Notes under the pieces: model-generated
Database searches by the model: none
What the model was told of the DNA's origin: nothing
What the model saw: only the letters and a program-made list of their open reading frames with translations
In this document: piece by piece, positions 43,547 to 61,189 of the stretch
Layout of the letters: each line of letters begins with the position of its first letter
Numbering within the stretch: position 1 is the first letter of the stretch
Program-made: the position numbers and the translations under genes
Source of the DNA: Malacoraja senta
Lineage: Eukaryota
Direction of reading: 5' to 3'
DNA length: 64,000 bases
Assembly: GCA_038087875.1 (NCBI GenBank)
Contig: JAXLNO010000364.1
Span: 124,001-188,000, forward strand

Positions 43547-46376
43547 TTATTCTTCCTCTTCCCCGCTTCTTTCGAGGTCGGCGGAATCCACGGCTACCTC
43601 ATGGTAGTCCTTCTCCAGCGACGCCATGTCCTCCTGCGCGTCCTGGAACTCTCCTTCCTCCAGCCCCTCTCCCACGTACCAATGGACAAAGGCCCGCTTG
43701 GCGTACATCTTGTCGAACTTGATGTTGAGGCGGGTCCAGGCCATGGAGATGGCGGTTGTGTTGTTCAGCATGCAGAGGGCGCGTTGCACCTTGGCCAGGT
43801 CACCCCCCGGCACAACCGTCGGCGGCTGGTAGTTGATGCCCACCTGCGGCCGGAAAAAAAATCATCTTAAAATTAATTCTACTTGCACAAATATGCTTGC
43901 ATTGGCAGTTTAGTACAGCGCCCTTAAATTGCACAAATAATAATTGAGTAATAGTTTAGCTATTCCGTTAAAGAAATCTCTGGCTGTAATTAGTCTCCGG
44001 ATTGGCATCAGAGCCGCAAGCTCCGATACAAATGTGGTAGAGCCATGAAGTTATGATGTTGTGCAACTGGGAAGCGAGCTCGTCGAACCACCTTGTCCAT
44101 GCCCCACAGTTGGCGTATTGGGCTCGTCTCATTTGCATGCGACTGGCCTTTATCATTCTAAATCCTTCCTGTGCATCCCATGTTTTGGGATTTTCTATCT
44201 ATGTTTTAAATGTAGCAAATGTAAGGGGTTCCAACTTTACCTGACAATTCGTTCCAGATGCGGACTACCCTCTCAAAAGATTAATTGTTCGGGAGATCCT
44301 TCTTAAATATCTCACCCCTCACCTCAAGTGGAGGACATCCAGTTTTGAGATGTTAAGATGAGAGCACATCTTATCTATGTCCCTCGTGATCTTGCACACC
44401 AGGATATGATTTATTTGCAGAGTACAAATAGTACCAAGTCGTTGCAGTCGTTGCATGTATGTTGTTATTCCAGCAGATGAGTTAGACTGCATGTGTGTGC
44501 ATGGAAATGCGAGCGTTGGTCACACTCACCTTGAATCCGGTCGGGCACCAGTCCACGAACTGGATGGAGCGCTTGGTCTTGATGGTGGCGATTGAGGCGT
44601 TGACGTCCTTGGGCACCACGTCCCCGCGGTACAGCATACAGCACGCCATGTATTTCCCCTGGCGAGGGTCGCACTTCACCAACTGGTTGGCCGACTCGAA
44701 GCAGGCGTTGGTCAATTGGGAGACGGATAGTTCCTCGTGGTAAGCCTTCTCTGCACAAATAATCGGAGCATAGTTGACGAGCGGGAAATGGATGCGCGGG
44801 TAGGGCACTAGGTTGGTTTGGAACTCACTGAGGTCCACGTTCAAAGCGCCGTCGAACCGCAGCGAGGCGGTGATAGACGACACTAACTGTGCCATCAGAC
44901 GGTTGAGGTTGGTATAGGTGGGTCGCTCGATGTCCAGGTTCGGCCGACACACGTCGTATATGGCCTCGTTGTCCATCATGAAGGCGCATTTGGAGTGCTC
45001 CAGGGTGCAGTGGGTGACCAGCACCGCGTTGTAGGGCTCGACCACGGCGGTGGAGATCTGCGGCGCCGGGTAGATGGCAAATTCCAGCTTGGATTTCTTG
45101 CCGTAGTCGACAGAGAGTCTCTCCATGAGGAGGGAGGTGAAGCCCGAGCCAGTGCCGCCGCCGAAACAGTGAAATATGAGGAAGCGCTGCAGCCCGGTGC
45201 ACAGATCGGCCTGAGGGTGGAGAAGGGGCAAAAGCTCAATTCTGTGCCAACGTTTAAAGGGAGAGAACGACACGAGAGGGTCATGGTGCTCTCTACAACG
45301 GCGCACAGCGAGATGGTTCGGTGAGAGTCTCAGTGATAAATAGAGCGGTGACAATGAGTATTTGGGAGCACCGTTGCCGCAGCACTCGCAAATGGACCGG
45401 GACAACCAGATACATTGGCGCTGTAAGCATGCTGTTGGCAATTTGCAGTCGCTGAGAAACCTACCAGTTTCCGGATGCGATCCAGGACGAGGTCCACGAT
45501 CTCCTTGTCGATGGAGCAGTGGCCCCGGGCGTAGTTATTGGCCGCGTCCTCCTTGCCGGTGATGAGCTGCTCGGGGTGCAAGAGCTGCCGGTAGGTGCCT
45601 GTCCGAACCTCATCTGCAGGGCGGCACAGTGAGAGAAGTAATCGTTGCCACACACTGCCCGCTCCCGCACGGGAAGGATTTATGAGAACGCCCAACATTC
45701 TCCTCAACTCCCAACTTACCGATCACCGTGGGCTCCAGGTCGATGAACACGGCCCTTGGTACGTGCTTGCCCGCACCCGTCTCGCTGAAGAAGGTGTTGA
45801 ACGACTCGTCGCCGCCTCCGATTGTCGAGTCGCTGGGCATCTGTCCATCCGGTTGGATTCCATGCTCCAGGCAATACAACTCCCAGCAAGCATTGCCAAC
45901 CTGGACACCAGCCTGACCGCTGTGGATTGAAAGACACTCGCGCTGTTGGCGAAGGGGAAACAGACGGTGAGATGTTAGGGCGAGAGGTGCGCGTTGGTAA
46001 TTTCTCGTTTACCGGTGCGGGCCGCGTGATTTCCATGATTTGGCCCTGATCGCTCACCGTCCCACGCCGAATATGACCACCTTCCCAGTTCCACCCAACA
46101 TTGCAATTCGCACTCTCCACGGTCCGTTCACGATAGTAACCCTCAAATTCCTCGAAATTACATTCCTCCTTTCCCTGCCCAATATTACCCTGCGCCCTCC
46201 CCTCGTCGCAGTCTCATTCCCGCCCTCAGTTCCCAGTTACCCACTACGTTCCCATTCCACGGGTGCGCTCCCCCGTTCCCGTGTCCGGTCTCTGTAGACA
46301 ATCGCTTCCCTCCCCCGTGGATCCCTCGCCCGGGGGAACACGCGCGCCCCCGGATATTCTCCCGCGCGCTCACCAT
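43547..46376 (-). CDS. tuba: Alpha-tubulin, copy 3 (ORF intact but many radical substitutions; possibly decaying)
   Basis: Exons 46376-46374, 45942-45720, 45613-45465, 45210-44530, 43843-43547. GT-AG introns, no stop or frameshift seen. Carries K40S plus private I9S, F87L, G111D, G134R, S140C, D199K, R215P, P298S. Confidence 0.85.
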
Positions 46377-46427
46377 GTTGCTCCGCTCGCGTGGTTCTCG
46401 AGACTGTGACGCGCCGCGCCGCTCCGG

Positions 46428-46519
46428 TATTTATACGGCCCCCGGGATAGAACGGTGGCCTTCGGTAAACGCGCGCCGATTGGTCAATGAGAACAATGAC
46501 CTTGGTTGCCACAGGAAAC
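46428..46519 (-). promoter_or_regulatory. Copy 3 core promoter (TATA, CCAAT, X-box-like)
   Basis: TATAAATA 46435-46428 and X-box-like motif 46505-46519; same layout as copies 1 and 2. Confidence 0.6.
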
Positions 46520-49179
46520 AAACATAGAAGGTTCCAAGGCGCTCATTGCTGAATAATCCACAGTGTGAGACGTAGAACAATGGACCTTCAGTGACGCAAT
46601 CCGTTGTCTGCCTTCACCTCCCAGATTCCAATCTATCAATTACAGCTGGAAATTAAAGTATCTGACCACATACCTCCAAATGATACCTAGCGCCAACTAT
46701 TTGACTTCTTAAGCCCATGCAATCAATTTATCCACCAGTGGAAAAATTGCTGTAGATCACAGCGGATGTGACGTTAATCCCACGCATCTCTCCATTAATC
46801 ACTTCATAATCCGGGATCTCCGGTCTAACATCGCAATGCCTAAGATCAATTATTATTGATTTATTACCATCACGTGTGCTGCAAAAAAAAATGTCAGTCG
46901 TACTATATAGGCAGATCACATCACTCCTCAGTATATCTGATATTGCAACACGAAAAAAATGAGCAACGTGCAGAGTAAAGTGTTACATCTAGAGAATAAA
47001 AATAACATTTTTATTTTCAAGTATGAGGACCAGAGGAAGGTAGCACATGAGAGGTCTGCTGGGACCAACTGTCCCTGAATCAGGTGGTACGTTCTTTCAT
47101 GCTTTGGTACACGCTGTCCAACAGAAGTGGAGAGAAGAGTGAATGATTGTGGCTTAAGGTATGGAGGGGGTGGGGTGTGGGAGTGGCCCATGATTGTGAC
47201 GATGTCTTGCAATTAGATTCCAAATGATAAATCACTGATTCATAAAGTGGCATTGAACATATTGATTGATTGAAAGATGTACTCTACAAATTTGATGACG
47301 TGCAGTCCATCAGAACCCCAGCAATCTCCAATTTCGTTATGATGAATCAAAAAGGATATCACATTGATGGCTTTGTAGAGTCATAGAGTGACAGAGCGTA
47401 GAAACAGGCCCTTCGGCTCAACTTCCCACACCGACCAACATGTCCCACCTGCCTGCCCTTGAACCATATCCATCCAAACGTGTCCCATCAATCTACCTTG
47501 TTAACTATTCCTTATATGTTCGGATAGTCCCAGCCTCAACTACCCCCTCTAGCAGCTTGTTCCATGTAACCACCACCCTTTGTTTGAAAAGGTTACCGCT
47601 CAAATTCCTATTAAATCTTTACCCCTTCACCTTGAATCTATTGGTCCTCGATGCCCCTACTCTGGGCAAGAGATTCTGTGCATCTACCCGACCTTTTTCT
47701 CTCATGATTTGTAACACCTCTATACGATCGCCCTTCATCCTCCTGCGCTCCAAGGAATAGCGACCCAGCCTACTCAACCTCTCCCATCAGCTCAGACCCC
47801 TTAGTCCAGGCAGCATCCGCGTAAATCTTAACTGATTGGCTGCCAGAGACTAGGGGTCGGTGCTGTGGCCGCTGCTCTTCACGTTGTGTATCAATGATTT
47901 GGATGAGGGAATTGAATCCTTGGTGGGAAGTTTGGTGATGCTGCGAAAGTAGGTGGAGGGGCAGATAGTGTGGAGTTAGCAGCGACTCGGCCGAAGGATT
48001 TGGGCATGTTGGGAAATGGCAGATGGAATACAGCGCAGCAAAATGCGGAGACCGGCATTTTGATAGTTGGAATCAATCGAAGACTATTTTTTTAAATGTG
48101 GAGATAATTCAGAAATCTGAGGTGCAAAGGGACTCTGGAATGCTGATACAGGATTCCCAAAAATGTAATTTGCAAGTCGAATTGATAGTAAGGCAGGAAA
48201 ATGCAATACAAGAATTTATTTGGGGAGGAAAAGAATATTTTTTTAAAAACGGATGTAATATTGAGGCTTGAAAAGACACTGGTGGGCGCATTTGGGGTAT
48301 TGTGACCAATTTGGGATGCCATACAAACAAATGGGTTGCAGAGGCTATCGCGTGAAGGCAGAGGAATGGGGCTGATAGGGGAAGAATTATCACCCACGAT
48401 TAAATGGCGGAGTAAGCAAGAGTCATAGAGTGATAGAGTGTGGAAACAGGCACTTCGGCCCAACTTGCACTCACGGGCCAACATGTCCCAGTTACCCCAG
48501 TCCCACCTGCGTGTGCTTGGTCCATATCCCTCCAAACCTGTCCTATCCATGTAGCTGTCTAACTATTTCTTGAACGTTGGGATAGTACCAGCATCAACTA
48601 TCTCCTCTGGCAGCTTGCACCATACACCCACCAGCCTTTGTGTGAAAACGTTAGCCTTCAGATTGCTTTTGAATATTTTCCCCTTCACCTTGTATTTATG
48701 TCTTCTGGTCCTCGATTCAATTACTTTGGCCAAGAGATTCTGCGCATCTATCCGATTTGTTCCTCTCGTGATTTTATGCACCTCTAGAAGATCACCCCTC
48801 GTCGTCCTGCGCTCCAAGAAACAGAGACCCAGCCTACTCAACCTCTCCCGATAGCTCAGGCCCTCTAGTCCTGGCAACAGTCTCGTAAATGCAATAGTAC
48901 AATTCATTTAGACTTTAGACTTTTGATTTTAAACTTGAGAGATACTTCGCGGAAACAGCCCCTTCGTCGATCACCGATCACCACGTGCACTGGCACACTC
49001 CTAAACACTTGGGACAATTTGCAACTTTACCGAAATCAAACCTGTACGTCTTTGGAATGTGGGAGAAACCCGGACCACCGAAGAAAACCCACAGGGAGAA
49101 CATACAAACTCCGTACAAACAGCATCCGGAGTCCCGATCGAACCCGGTTCTCGGGCGCTGTGAGGCAACAACCTTCAAG

Positions 49180-52100
49180 GTCGGCAGGTGAAGGGTCTAG
49201 TGCGGAGGATTGGCTGCAGAATTTAAAGCCTTGGTGAGTTTTCAAGAGCGAAGGTGGATGACTGTGAGAAAGAAGCGTAAATGTGGAGTGCAAGAGAACA
49301 CGGTGGCTGTACCTAATGAGACGCGACCGATGAGACCGACGTTGGTCAGAGCCATAGTGGTGAGTGACTCCATTGTCCGAGGTGCGGACAGGACATTCAT
49401 TTGCGGCTGGCGAGACTCGGGGATGGTCTGTTGCATCCCTAGTGCATGATATCTCGGACCGACTTCAGAACATCCTTGAGAGGGAATGTGAGGAGCCGGA
49501 AGTAGTTATGCATGTGGGCACAAACGAGGTCGGGGAGAAGAGGAAGGATGTTCTGCACCGTGAGTTTCTAGAGTTAGTAAGAAGATAGAAAAGCATGACT
49601 TCTGGGATGGTTATCTCTGGATTGCTTCCAGTACATCGTGTTGGTGAGTACCGGAATAGGGAGATAGTGGATCTGAATGCGGGCTGATGGGCTCGTGCAG
49701 CGAGCAGGGATTTAGATTCATAGACCACTGGGACCTATTCTGGGGCAGGGATTACCTCAACAAAAGGGACGGGTTACACCTTAACTGGGGCGGGACCGAC
49801 ATTCTGGCAGCCTGGTTTGCTGGTGCTACACCGGAGAGTTTAAAATAATTTGCAGGGAGGAAGTGTTAACAAATTGGAGATATAAGGATGGAGTGAAAGG
49901 TGAAGAGAGTACAGGAAAAGTTGCGAAAGACAACCGGATTAATGGGACGGAAATTTCAAGAAGGGATAGGAGAGTAAGGTCAGAGTAACCGGTTTGGGAG
50001 AGGAGGTGAATACCGAATTAAAAGTGTTACCGCGAACTATATGAAATAAAGTGGATGAGCTTGAGGCAAAGTTAGAAATTGGTGAGTATGATGTTGTGGG
50101 AATGACAGACACATGGCTGTAAGCGGATCAGAACTGGGAACTGAATATTCAGGGGTATACGTCCTATTGAAAAGAAAGCCAGATGGGCAGAGGGGATGCG
50201 GTGGCCCTCGTTGGTAAGGAATGAAATTCAGTCACTTGCGAGTGGAGACATAGAGTCAGAAGACGTAGAGCCATTGTGGATGGAACTGAGAAATTGAACG
50301 GTAGAAAGACCCTAGTCCGTGTTATCTACAGGCCCCCAAACAGTAGCCTGGAGATAGGGTGCAAGTTGCATCAGGAGTTAAAATTAACATATAACAAAGT
50401 TAATGCTACCGTGTTTATGGGAGATTTCATCATGCAGGTGGACTAGGAAAATCACATAGGTACTGGACCCCAAGAAAGGGACTTTGTAGTGTGTTTCCGA
50501 GATGGATTCTAAGAGCAGCTTGTACTGGAGCCTACTAGGTAGCAGGAAAAAATGGATTTAATGTTATGTAATGAACCGGATTTGATAAGTGACCTCAAGG
50601 TAAAGGAACCATTAGGAGGTAGCGGCCATAATATGATAAGTTTTAATTTGCAATTTCAGATATCGGAATTTGAATTATCGGAAGTGTCAGTATTCCAGTT
50701 GAACAAAGAGGACTATTGGGGGAGGAGCTTGCCATAGTTCACTGGAAAGGGACCCAAGAAGGGATGACGCTGGACGCTATATCTGAGAATAATCCAGAAG
50801 ATGCAGGATCATTTCATTGCAAAGAGGAAGAAAGATTCTAATGGGAGTAAGAGGCAACCGTGGCTGACAAGCGAAATCATGTGGTGGGAGATTGCAACCT
50901 TCACGTGGTCCACCGTGTTTCGACTAATGCAATCAACCCGACGTGCACAAACAAGATCAAATAGAACAAGTTGACTTACAACTTTAGGCTGTGCACGCCA
51001 TACGCAAGAAGAAGAAGGGAAGTCAAGGACAGTATAAACATAATAGAGAAGACGTATAACTCAATTCTGATTTGAGAATCAAGGGACAAACGTTTAGGGG
51101 CAACATGAGGGGGAATTTCTTTACTCAAAGAGTGGTAGCTGTGTGGAATGAGCTTCCAGTGGAAGTGGTGAAGGCAGGTTCGTTTTTCTCATTTTAAAAT
51201 GAATTGGATAGGTATATGGACGGGAAAGGAATGGAGAGTTAAGGTCTGAGTGCAGATAGATGGGACTACGTGAGAGTAAGTGTTCGGCACGGACTAGAAG
51301 GGCCGAGATGGCCTGTTTCCGTGCTGTAATTGTTATATGGTTATATGGTTATAACATAGCAAATATGAGCGGGAAGCCAGAGGATTGGGAAACCTTTTAA
51401 AGAGCAACAGAAACTAACTAAAAAGCTTCCTTCCCTAGATGAAGAAGAAAAAAAAGTTAAGACAAATGTGGATCCCTTGAAGACAGAAACAGGTGGATTT
51501 ATTATGGGGAACAAGGAAAAGGGAAACGAGTTGAACAGGTACTTTGGTTCTGTCTTCACTTCGGAAGTCAGAAACAACTTCCCATATGTACTAGGGGACA
51601 GAGGAGCTGGGTCATGGAGGCACTGAAGGAAATTCACTTTAGACAGGAAATGGTGTCGCATTCACTGATGGGACTGAAGGCTCATACATTCCCAGGGTCT
51701 GATGGTCTGCATTCCAGGGTACTCAAGGAGATGGCTCTAGGAATCGTGGACGCCTTGGTGATAATGTTCCAATGTTCTATAGATTATGAATCAGTTCTTG
51801 TGAAATGGAGGGTAGCTAATGTTATGACACTTTTCAAGAAAGGAGGGAGAGAGAAAGCAGGGCATTATAGACCAGTTAGTCTGACATCTGTGGTGGGGGA
51901 GATGCTGGTGCCGTTTATTGGAGACGTAATAGTGGCGCATTTGGGTAGCAGTACCAGGATCGGTCCAAGTCAGCATGGATTTACGAAGGGGAAATCATAC
52001 TTGACAAATCTTCACAATTTTTTTGGAGGACGTAACAAGTAAAATGGACAAGGGAGAGCCAGTGGATGTAGGGATTAACGGGTCCCTTCCAGAATGACAG

Positions 52101-53143
52101 GCCGTGACCAGTGGGGTAACGCAAGGCTCGGAGTTAGGACCGCAGCTATTTACAATGTATATTAATGATTTAGATGAAGGGATTACAAGTAACATTTGCA
52201 AATTTGCAGATGCCACAAATCTGGGTGGCAGTGTGAACTGTGAGGAGGATGCTATGAGAATGCAGGGCGACTTGGACAGGTTGGGTGAGTGGGCAGATGC
52301 ACAGCAGATGCAGTTTATTGTATATAAATGTGATGTTATCCACTTTGGTAGGAAAACCGAGAAGGCAGATTATTATCTAACTGATGTCAAGTTGGGAAAG
52401 GGGGAAGTACAACGGGATATCGGGGTCCTTGTTCATCAGTCAATGAAAGTAAGCATGCCATGCAGGTACAGCAGGCAGTGAAGAAAGCGAATGGCATGTT
52501 GGCATTGATAACAAGATATTTGAGTACAGGAGCAAAGTGGTCCTTCTACAGTTGTACAGGGCCCTGGTGAGACCACACCTTTGTATTGTGTGCAGTTTTG
52601 GTATCCTAATTTGAGGAAGGATATTCTTGCTTTTGAGGGAGAAAGCATACGTTCACGACGTTAATACCCGGGATGGCGGGACTGTCATCTGATGAAAGAA
52701 TGGATCGATTGGCTTGTATTCACTGGAATTTAGAAGATGAGAGGGGATCTTATAGAAAAATACAACATATTTAAGAGATTGGACACGTTAGATGCAGGAA
52801 ACATGTTTCCGATGTCAGGCGACTTCAAAACCAGGGGCCACAGTTTAAGATTAAGGGGTAGGCCATTTAGGACTGAGATGAGAAAAAATATTTTTCACAG
52901 AGAGTTGTGAATTTGTGGAATTCTCTGCCTCTGAAGGCAGTGGAGGCCGATTCACTGGATGCATTCAACAGAGAGTTAGATAGAGCTCTTAGGGCTAGCG
53001 GAATCAAGGGGTATCGGGAGAAGGCAGGAAAAGGGTAATGATTGTGGATGATCAGCCATGATTACATTGAATGGCGGAGTAGGCTCAAAGGGCCGGAAAG
53101 CCTACTCCGGAACATATTGTTATGTATTTATGTATCTATGTAT
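49180..53143 (+). mobile_element. Decayed CR1 LINE, unit 4 copy
   Basis: Same ORF1/EN/RT remnants (e.g. ORFs 51614-52042 and 52104-52481), with a 5' internal deletion at ~49250. Confidence 0.85.
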
Positions 53144-55345
53144 ATAATTCTACCGATGCGTCAATGTGCCATTCCAGTTTCGAGGTCAATGGTGTAATGC
53201 TGAGGCCTCATGAGGCGCTGGTGAGGCCACGCTTGGAATATTGTAAGCGGCTATGGGCCTCATCTCTAAGGATGGGTGAGCAAGCGTGGATAGGCCCAGA
53301 GGACGCTTAGTGGAATGGTCCCGGTTATGATTGGATAAACGTGTGAGGATAGTTTGATGTTAATAGGCCTGTACTCGATGGAGTTTAGCAGAATGAAGGG
53401 AGACTTCATTGAAACACACAGATTAGTGAATGGCTTGGATAGAGTGTGTGTGGGGAGGATGTTTCTACCAGTAGAGAGCCTAGCACGAGAGGGCATAGCC
53501 ACAGAATTCGACGTTCTTTTAGTAAGGAGATGAGGACAGATTTCTTTAGTCAGAGGATGGTGAATCTGTGGGATTCTTTGCTGCAGAACGCAGTGCAGGC
53601 CAAGTCGTTGGACATTTTTAAGGCAGAGATGGATAGATTCTTGATTATTACAGGTGTCAGAGATTTTGGTGAGAAGGCAGAAGAATGTGGTTAGGAGGGA
53701 AAAACATATCAACTGCACTTTGCCCTCCCTCACGTTAAATATATCCTCTCTAATAATTGACCTGTCTATCGAGGGGTGGGGCGGGAGGGGTGGGGGGTAG
53801 ATAATGAATGTCCGTCGGATCTGTGCCTCTCATAGTGTCATTTTGATTGTTTGAAAGATACAGAATGGAAACCGGCCCTTCCGTCCACCACACGACGACC
53901 ATTTGTCATGCGCTCACACGCCAGTTCTACGTTATACCCACTTTCCGTTCGCTCCCTACACACTAGCGACAATTTATGGAGGCCAATTGACCTACAATCC
54001 CAAAGCACCCTGAAATATAGAAGCATCACGAGGCCATTTCGCCCATCAAGTTCGCTCCGCCATCCGCCACTCCAAAGACGTAGAGGTGTGTATGTTAATT
54101 TGCTTGGTGTAAATGAAAATTGTCCCTCGTGTGTGTATGATAGCGGTAGTGTGCGGGGATCGCTGATTGAACCTTCCGAACCATCTGAATTTTGTAGTCG
54201 GCAGGGCAGTACTCTGCATGTCGCCAACTTCGACAATTTTACATTTTTATCAAGCCAATTAATCAAGTCAATTAACCTACAAACCTGTATATCTTTGGAG
54301 TGTGGCAGGAAACCGAAGATCTCCGAGAAAACCCACGTAGATCACGGGGAGAACGTAGAAACTCCATACAAACAGCACCCGTATTCGGGATCGAACCCGG
54401 GTCTCTGGCGTTGCATTTTGCTGCACCGCTGTGCCACCGTGACTGCAAAGACGTACGAGTTTGCCGGGAAATCGGCTTCGTATAAATGTAAATTATTCTC
54501 AGACTGAGTAGGATAGTGTTAGATGCGGACTCGCTCGGCTGATGGGCCTGTTTCCGCGCTGCATCTCTAAACTGAACCAAATTTAAAAGTAAAAGAGCAT
54601 CAGAATCAGTTTCGATGGTCCGCTTTAAAAATTATCTGTCGCTCTCTCATGGAATTGTTTTCTCTCGCTGGAGAAAGGGGCTACAGGACAACCAGAGATG
54701 TTGGGGGGGGAGGAGTGTTGCTCATGGATTGATACAGATTTTCACAGCCGTAGTCCGAAATTACATTGCGGATGTTTCCTCCAGTCAGGCTAGATTTTTG
54801 AATTTGAGGAATAAAAATCAATATACCAGTAAGATAGACACACAATTCTGGCGTAACTCAGATGCCCAGGTAGCATCTCTGGAGTAAAGGAATGGGTGAA
54901 GTTTCGGGTCGAGACCCTTCTTAATAACCACCAGTAGTCAGATTCGATCCCGTGTCTCTGGAGCTGGGAAGCATCAGCAGCACCGCTGCGCCGCCGAGGT
55001 CGTTTCCTCTTTTCTTATTGTCTGAATTTACCATCCAAACTTCAGGAAACCTGCCATCCTCGTCCTTCATGTTCTGTGGAACACGCCGGAACTGAAATCC
55101 CACCACCTCGTCTTTAACCGACTCCGACACGTAGGATGAGGACTTACCTAAGAACAGCTGCTCCCAAATCACTCTCCCCACTTTCTACCAAACGCAGATA
55201 TTTTTATTTTCCATTCACCGATTTCTCAAATTAATCGACAAAACAATGTCCTTAAAATAATTTTATTATCAATACTATAATATCTATCAATATAATCTAT
55301 TTAATCTGTATTAAATTAAACTTTTAATTAATAAATTAATTTATT

Positions 55346-58339
<2,994 letters not shown>

Positions 58340-61189
58340 GTTGCTCCGCTCGCGTGGTTCTCGAGACCTTGGTTGCCACAGGAAACAAACATAGAAGGTT
58401 CCAAGGCGCTCATTGCTGAATAATCCACAGTGTGAGACGTAGAACAATGGACCTTCAGTGACGCAATCCATTGTCTGCCTTCACCTCCCAGATTCCAATC
58501 TATCAATTACCGCTGGAAATAAAATGATCTGACCACATCCCTCCAAATGATACCTAGCGCCAACTATTTGACTTATTAAGCCCATGCAATCAATTTAGCC
58601 AACAGTGGAAAAATTGCTGTAGGTCACAGCGGATGTGACGTTAATCCCACGCATCTCTCCATTAATCACTTCATAATCCGGGATCTCCGGTCTATCAGCG
58701 CAATGCCTAAGATCAATTATTATTAATTTATTACCATCACGTGTGCTGCAAAAAAAAATGTCAGTCGTACTATATAGGCAGATCACATCACTCCTCAGTA
58801 TATCTGATATTGCAACACGAAAAAAATGAGCAACGTGCAGAGTAAAGTGTTACATCTAGAGAATAAAAATAACATTTTTATTTTCAAGTATGAGGACCAC
58901 AGGAAGGTAGCACATGAGCGGTCTGCTGGGACAAACTGTCCCTAAATCAGGTGGTACGTTCTTTCATGCTTTGGTAAACGCTGTCCAACAGAAGTGGAGA
59001 GAAGAGTGAATGACCGTGGCTTAAGGTATGGAGGGGGTGGGGTGTGGGAGTGGCCCGTGATTGTGACGATGTCATGCAATTAGATTCCAAATGATAAATC
59101 ACTGATTAATAAAGTGCCATTGAACATATTGATTGATTGGAAGATGTACTCTACAAATTTGATGACGTGCAGTCCATCAGAACCACAGCAATCTCCAATT
59201 TCGTTATGATGAATCAAAAAAGATATCACATTGATGGCTTTATAGAGTTATAGAGTGATAGAGCGTAGAAACAGGCCCTTCGCTTCAACTTCCCACACCG
59301 ACCCACATGTCCCACCTGCCTGCCCTTGGACCATATCCATCCAAACGAGTCCCATCAATCTACCTTGTTAACTGTTCCTTATACGTTCGGATAATCCCAG
59401 CCTCAACTACCCCCTCTAGCAGCTTGTTCCATGTAACCACCACCCTTTGTTTGAAAAGGTTACCGCTCAAATTCCTATTAAATCTTTACCCCTTCACCTT
59501 GAATCTATTGGTCCTCGGTGCCCCTATTCTGGGCAAGAAATTCTGTGCATCCTCTCATGATTTGTAACACCTCTATACGATCACCCTTCATCCTCCTGCG
59601 CTCCAAGGAATAGCGACCCAGCCTCCTCAACCTCTCCCATCAGCTCAGACCCCCTAGTCCTGGCAGCTTCCGCGTAAACCTTCACTGATTGGCTGCCAGA
59701 GACTAGGGGTCGGTGCTGTAGCCGCTGCTCGTCACGTTGTATATCAATGATTTGGATGAGAGAACTGAATTCTTGGTGGGAAGTTTGGTGATGCTGCGAA
59801 GGTAGGTGGAGGGGCAGATAGTGTGGAGTAAGCAGCGACTCTCCCGAAGGATTCGGGCATGTTTTGAAAGTAGACAAAGAAATGGCAGATGGAATACAGC
59901 GCAGCAAAATGCGGAGACAGGCATTTTGATACTAGGAATCAATCGAAGACTATTTTCTAAATGAGGAGAGAATTCAGACATCTGAGGTGCAAAGGGACTC
60001 GGGAATACTGATACAGGATTCCCCAAAACGTAATTTGCAAGTCGAATTGAAAGTAAGGCAGGAAAATGCAATACAAGCATTTATTTGGGGAGGACAAGAA
60101 TATAAAAAAACGTATGTAATATTGAGGCATGAAAAGGCACCGGTGAGCGCATTTGCGGTACTGTGACCAATTTGGGGCCCCATTTCTAAGGATTGATGTG
60201 CTGGCGTTGGAAAGGATACGGAGGATGATTATGAGAATGATCCCAGCACCGATTTGGGTTGACGTACGATAGACGTTTTACGACACTGTGCCTGTACTCG
60301 CTGGAGTGCAGAAGGAAGAGGGGAGAACCTGATTGAAACAAATGGGTTGCAGAGGCTATCGCGTGAAGGCACGGGAATGGAGCTGATCGGGGAAGAATGA
60401 TCACCCTCGATTAAATGGCGGAGTAAGCAAGAGTCATAGAGTGATAGTGTATGGAAACAGGCCCTTCGGCCAAACTTGCATTTACCGGCCAACATGTCCC
60501 AGTTACCCCAGTCCCACCTGCGTGTGTTTGGTCCATATCCGTCCAAACCTCTCCTATCCATGTAGCTGTCTAACTATTTCTTGAACGTTGGAATAGTACC
60601 AGCATCAACTAGCTCCTCTGGCAGCTTGTACCATACACCTACCAGCCTTTGTGTGAAAACGTTAGCCTTCAGATTGTTTTTGAATATTTTCCCCTTCGCC
60701 TTGTACTTTTGTCCTCTGGTCCTCGATTCCCCTACATTGGGCAAGAGATTCTGCGCATCTATCCGATTTATTTCTCTCGTGAATGTATGCAACTCTAGAA
60801 GATCATCCCTCATCCTCCTGTGCTCCAAGGAATAGAGACCCAGCCTACTCAACCTCTCCCGATAGCTCAGACCCTCTAGTCCTGGCAACATTCTCGTAAA
60901 TGCAATAGTACAATTCATTTAGACTTTAGACCTTTCACTTTAAACTTGAGTGATACTTCGCGGAAACAGCCCCTTCGTCAATCAGCGATCACCACGTGCA
61001 CTGGCACACTCCTAAACACTTGGGACAATTTACAACTTTACCGAAGCCAAACCTGTACGTCTTTGGAGTGTGGGAGAAACCCGGACCACCGAGGAAAACC
61101 CACAGGGAGAACATACAAACTCCGTACAAACAGCATCCGGAGTCCCGACCGAACCTGGGTCTCTGGCGCTGTAAGGCAACAACCTTCAA

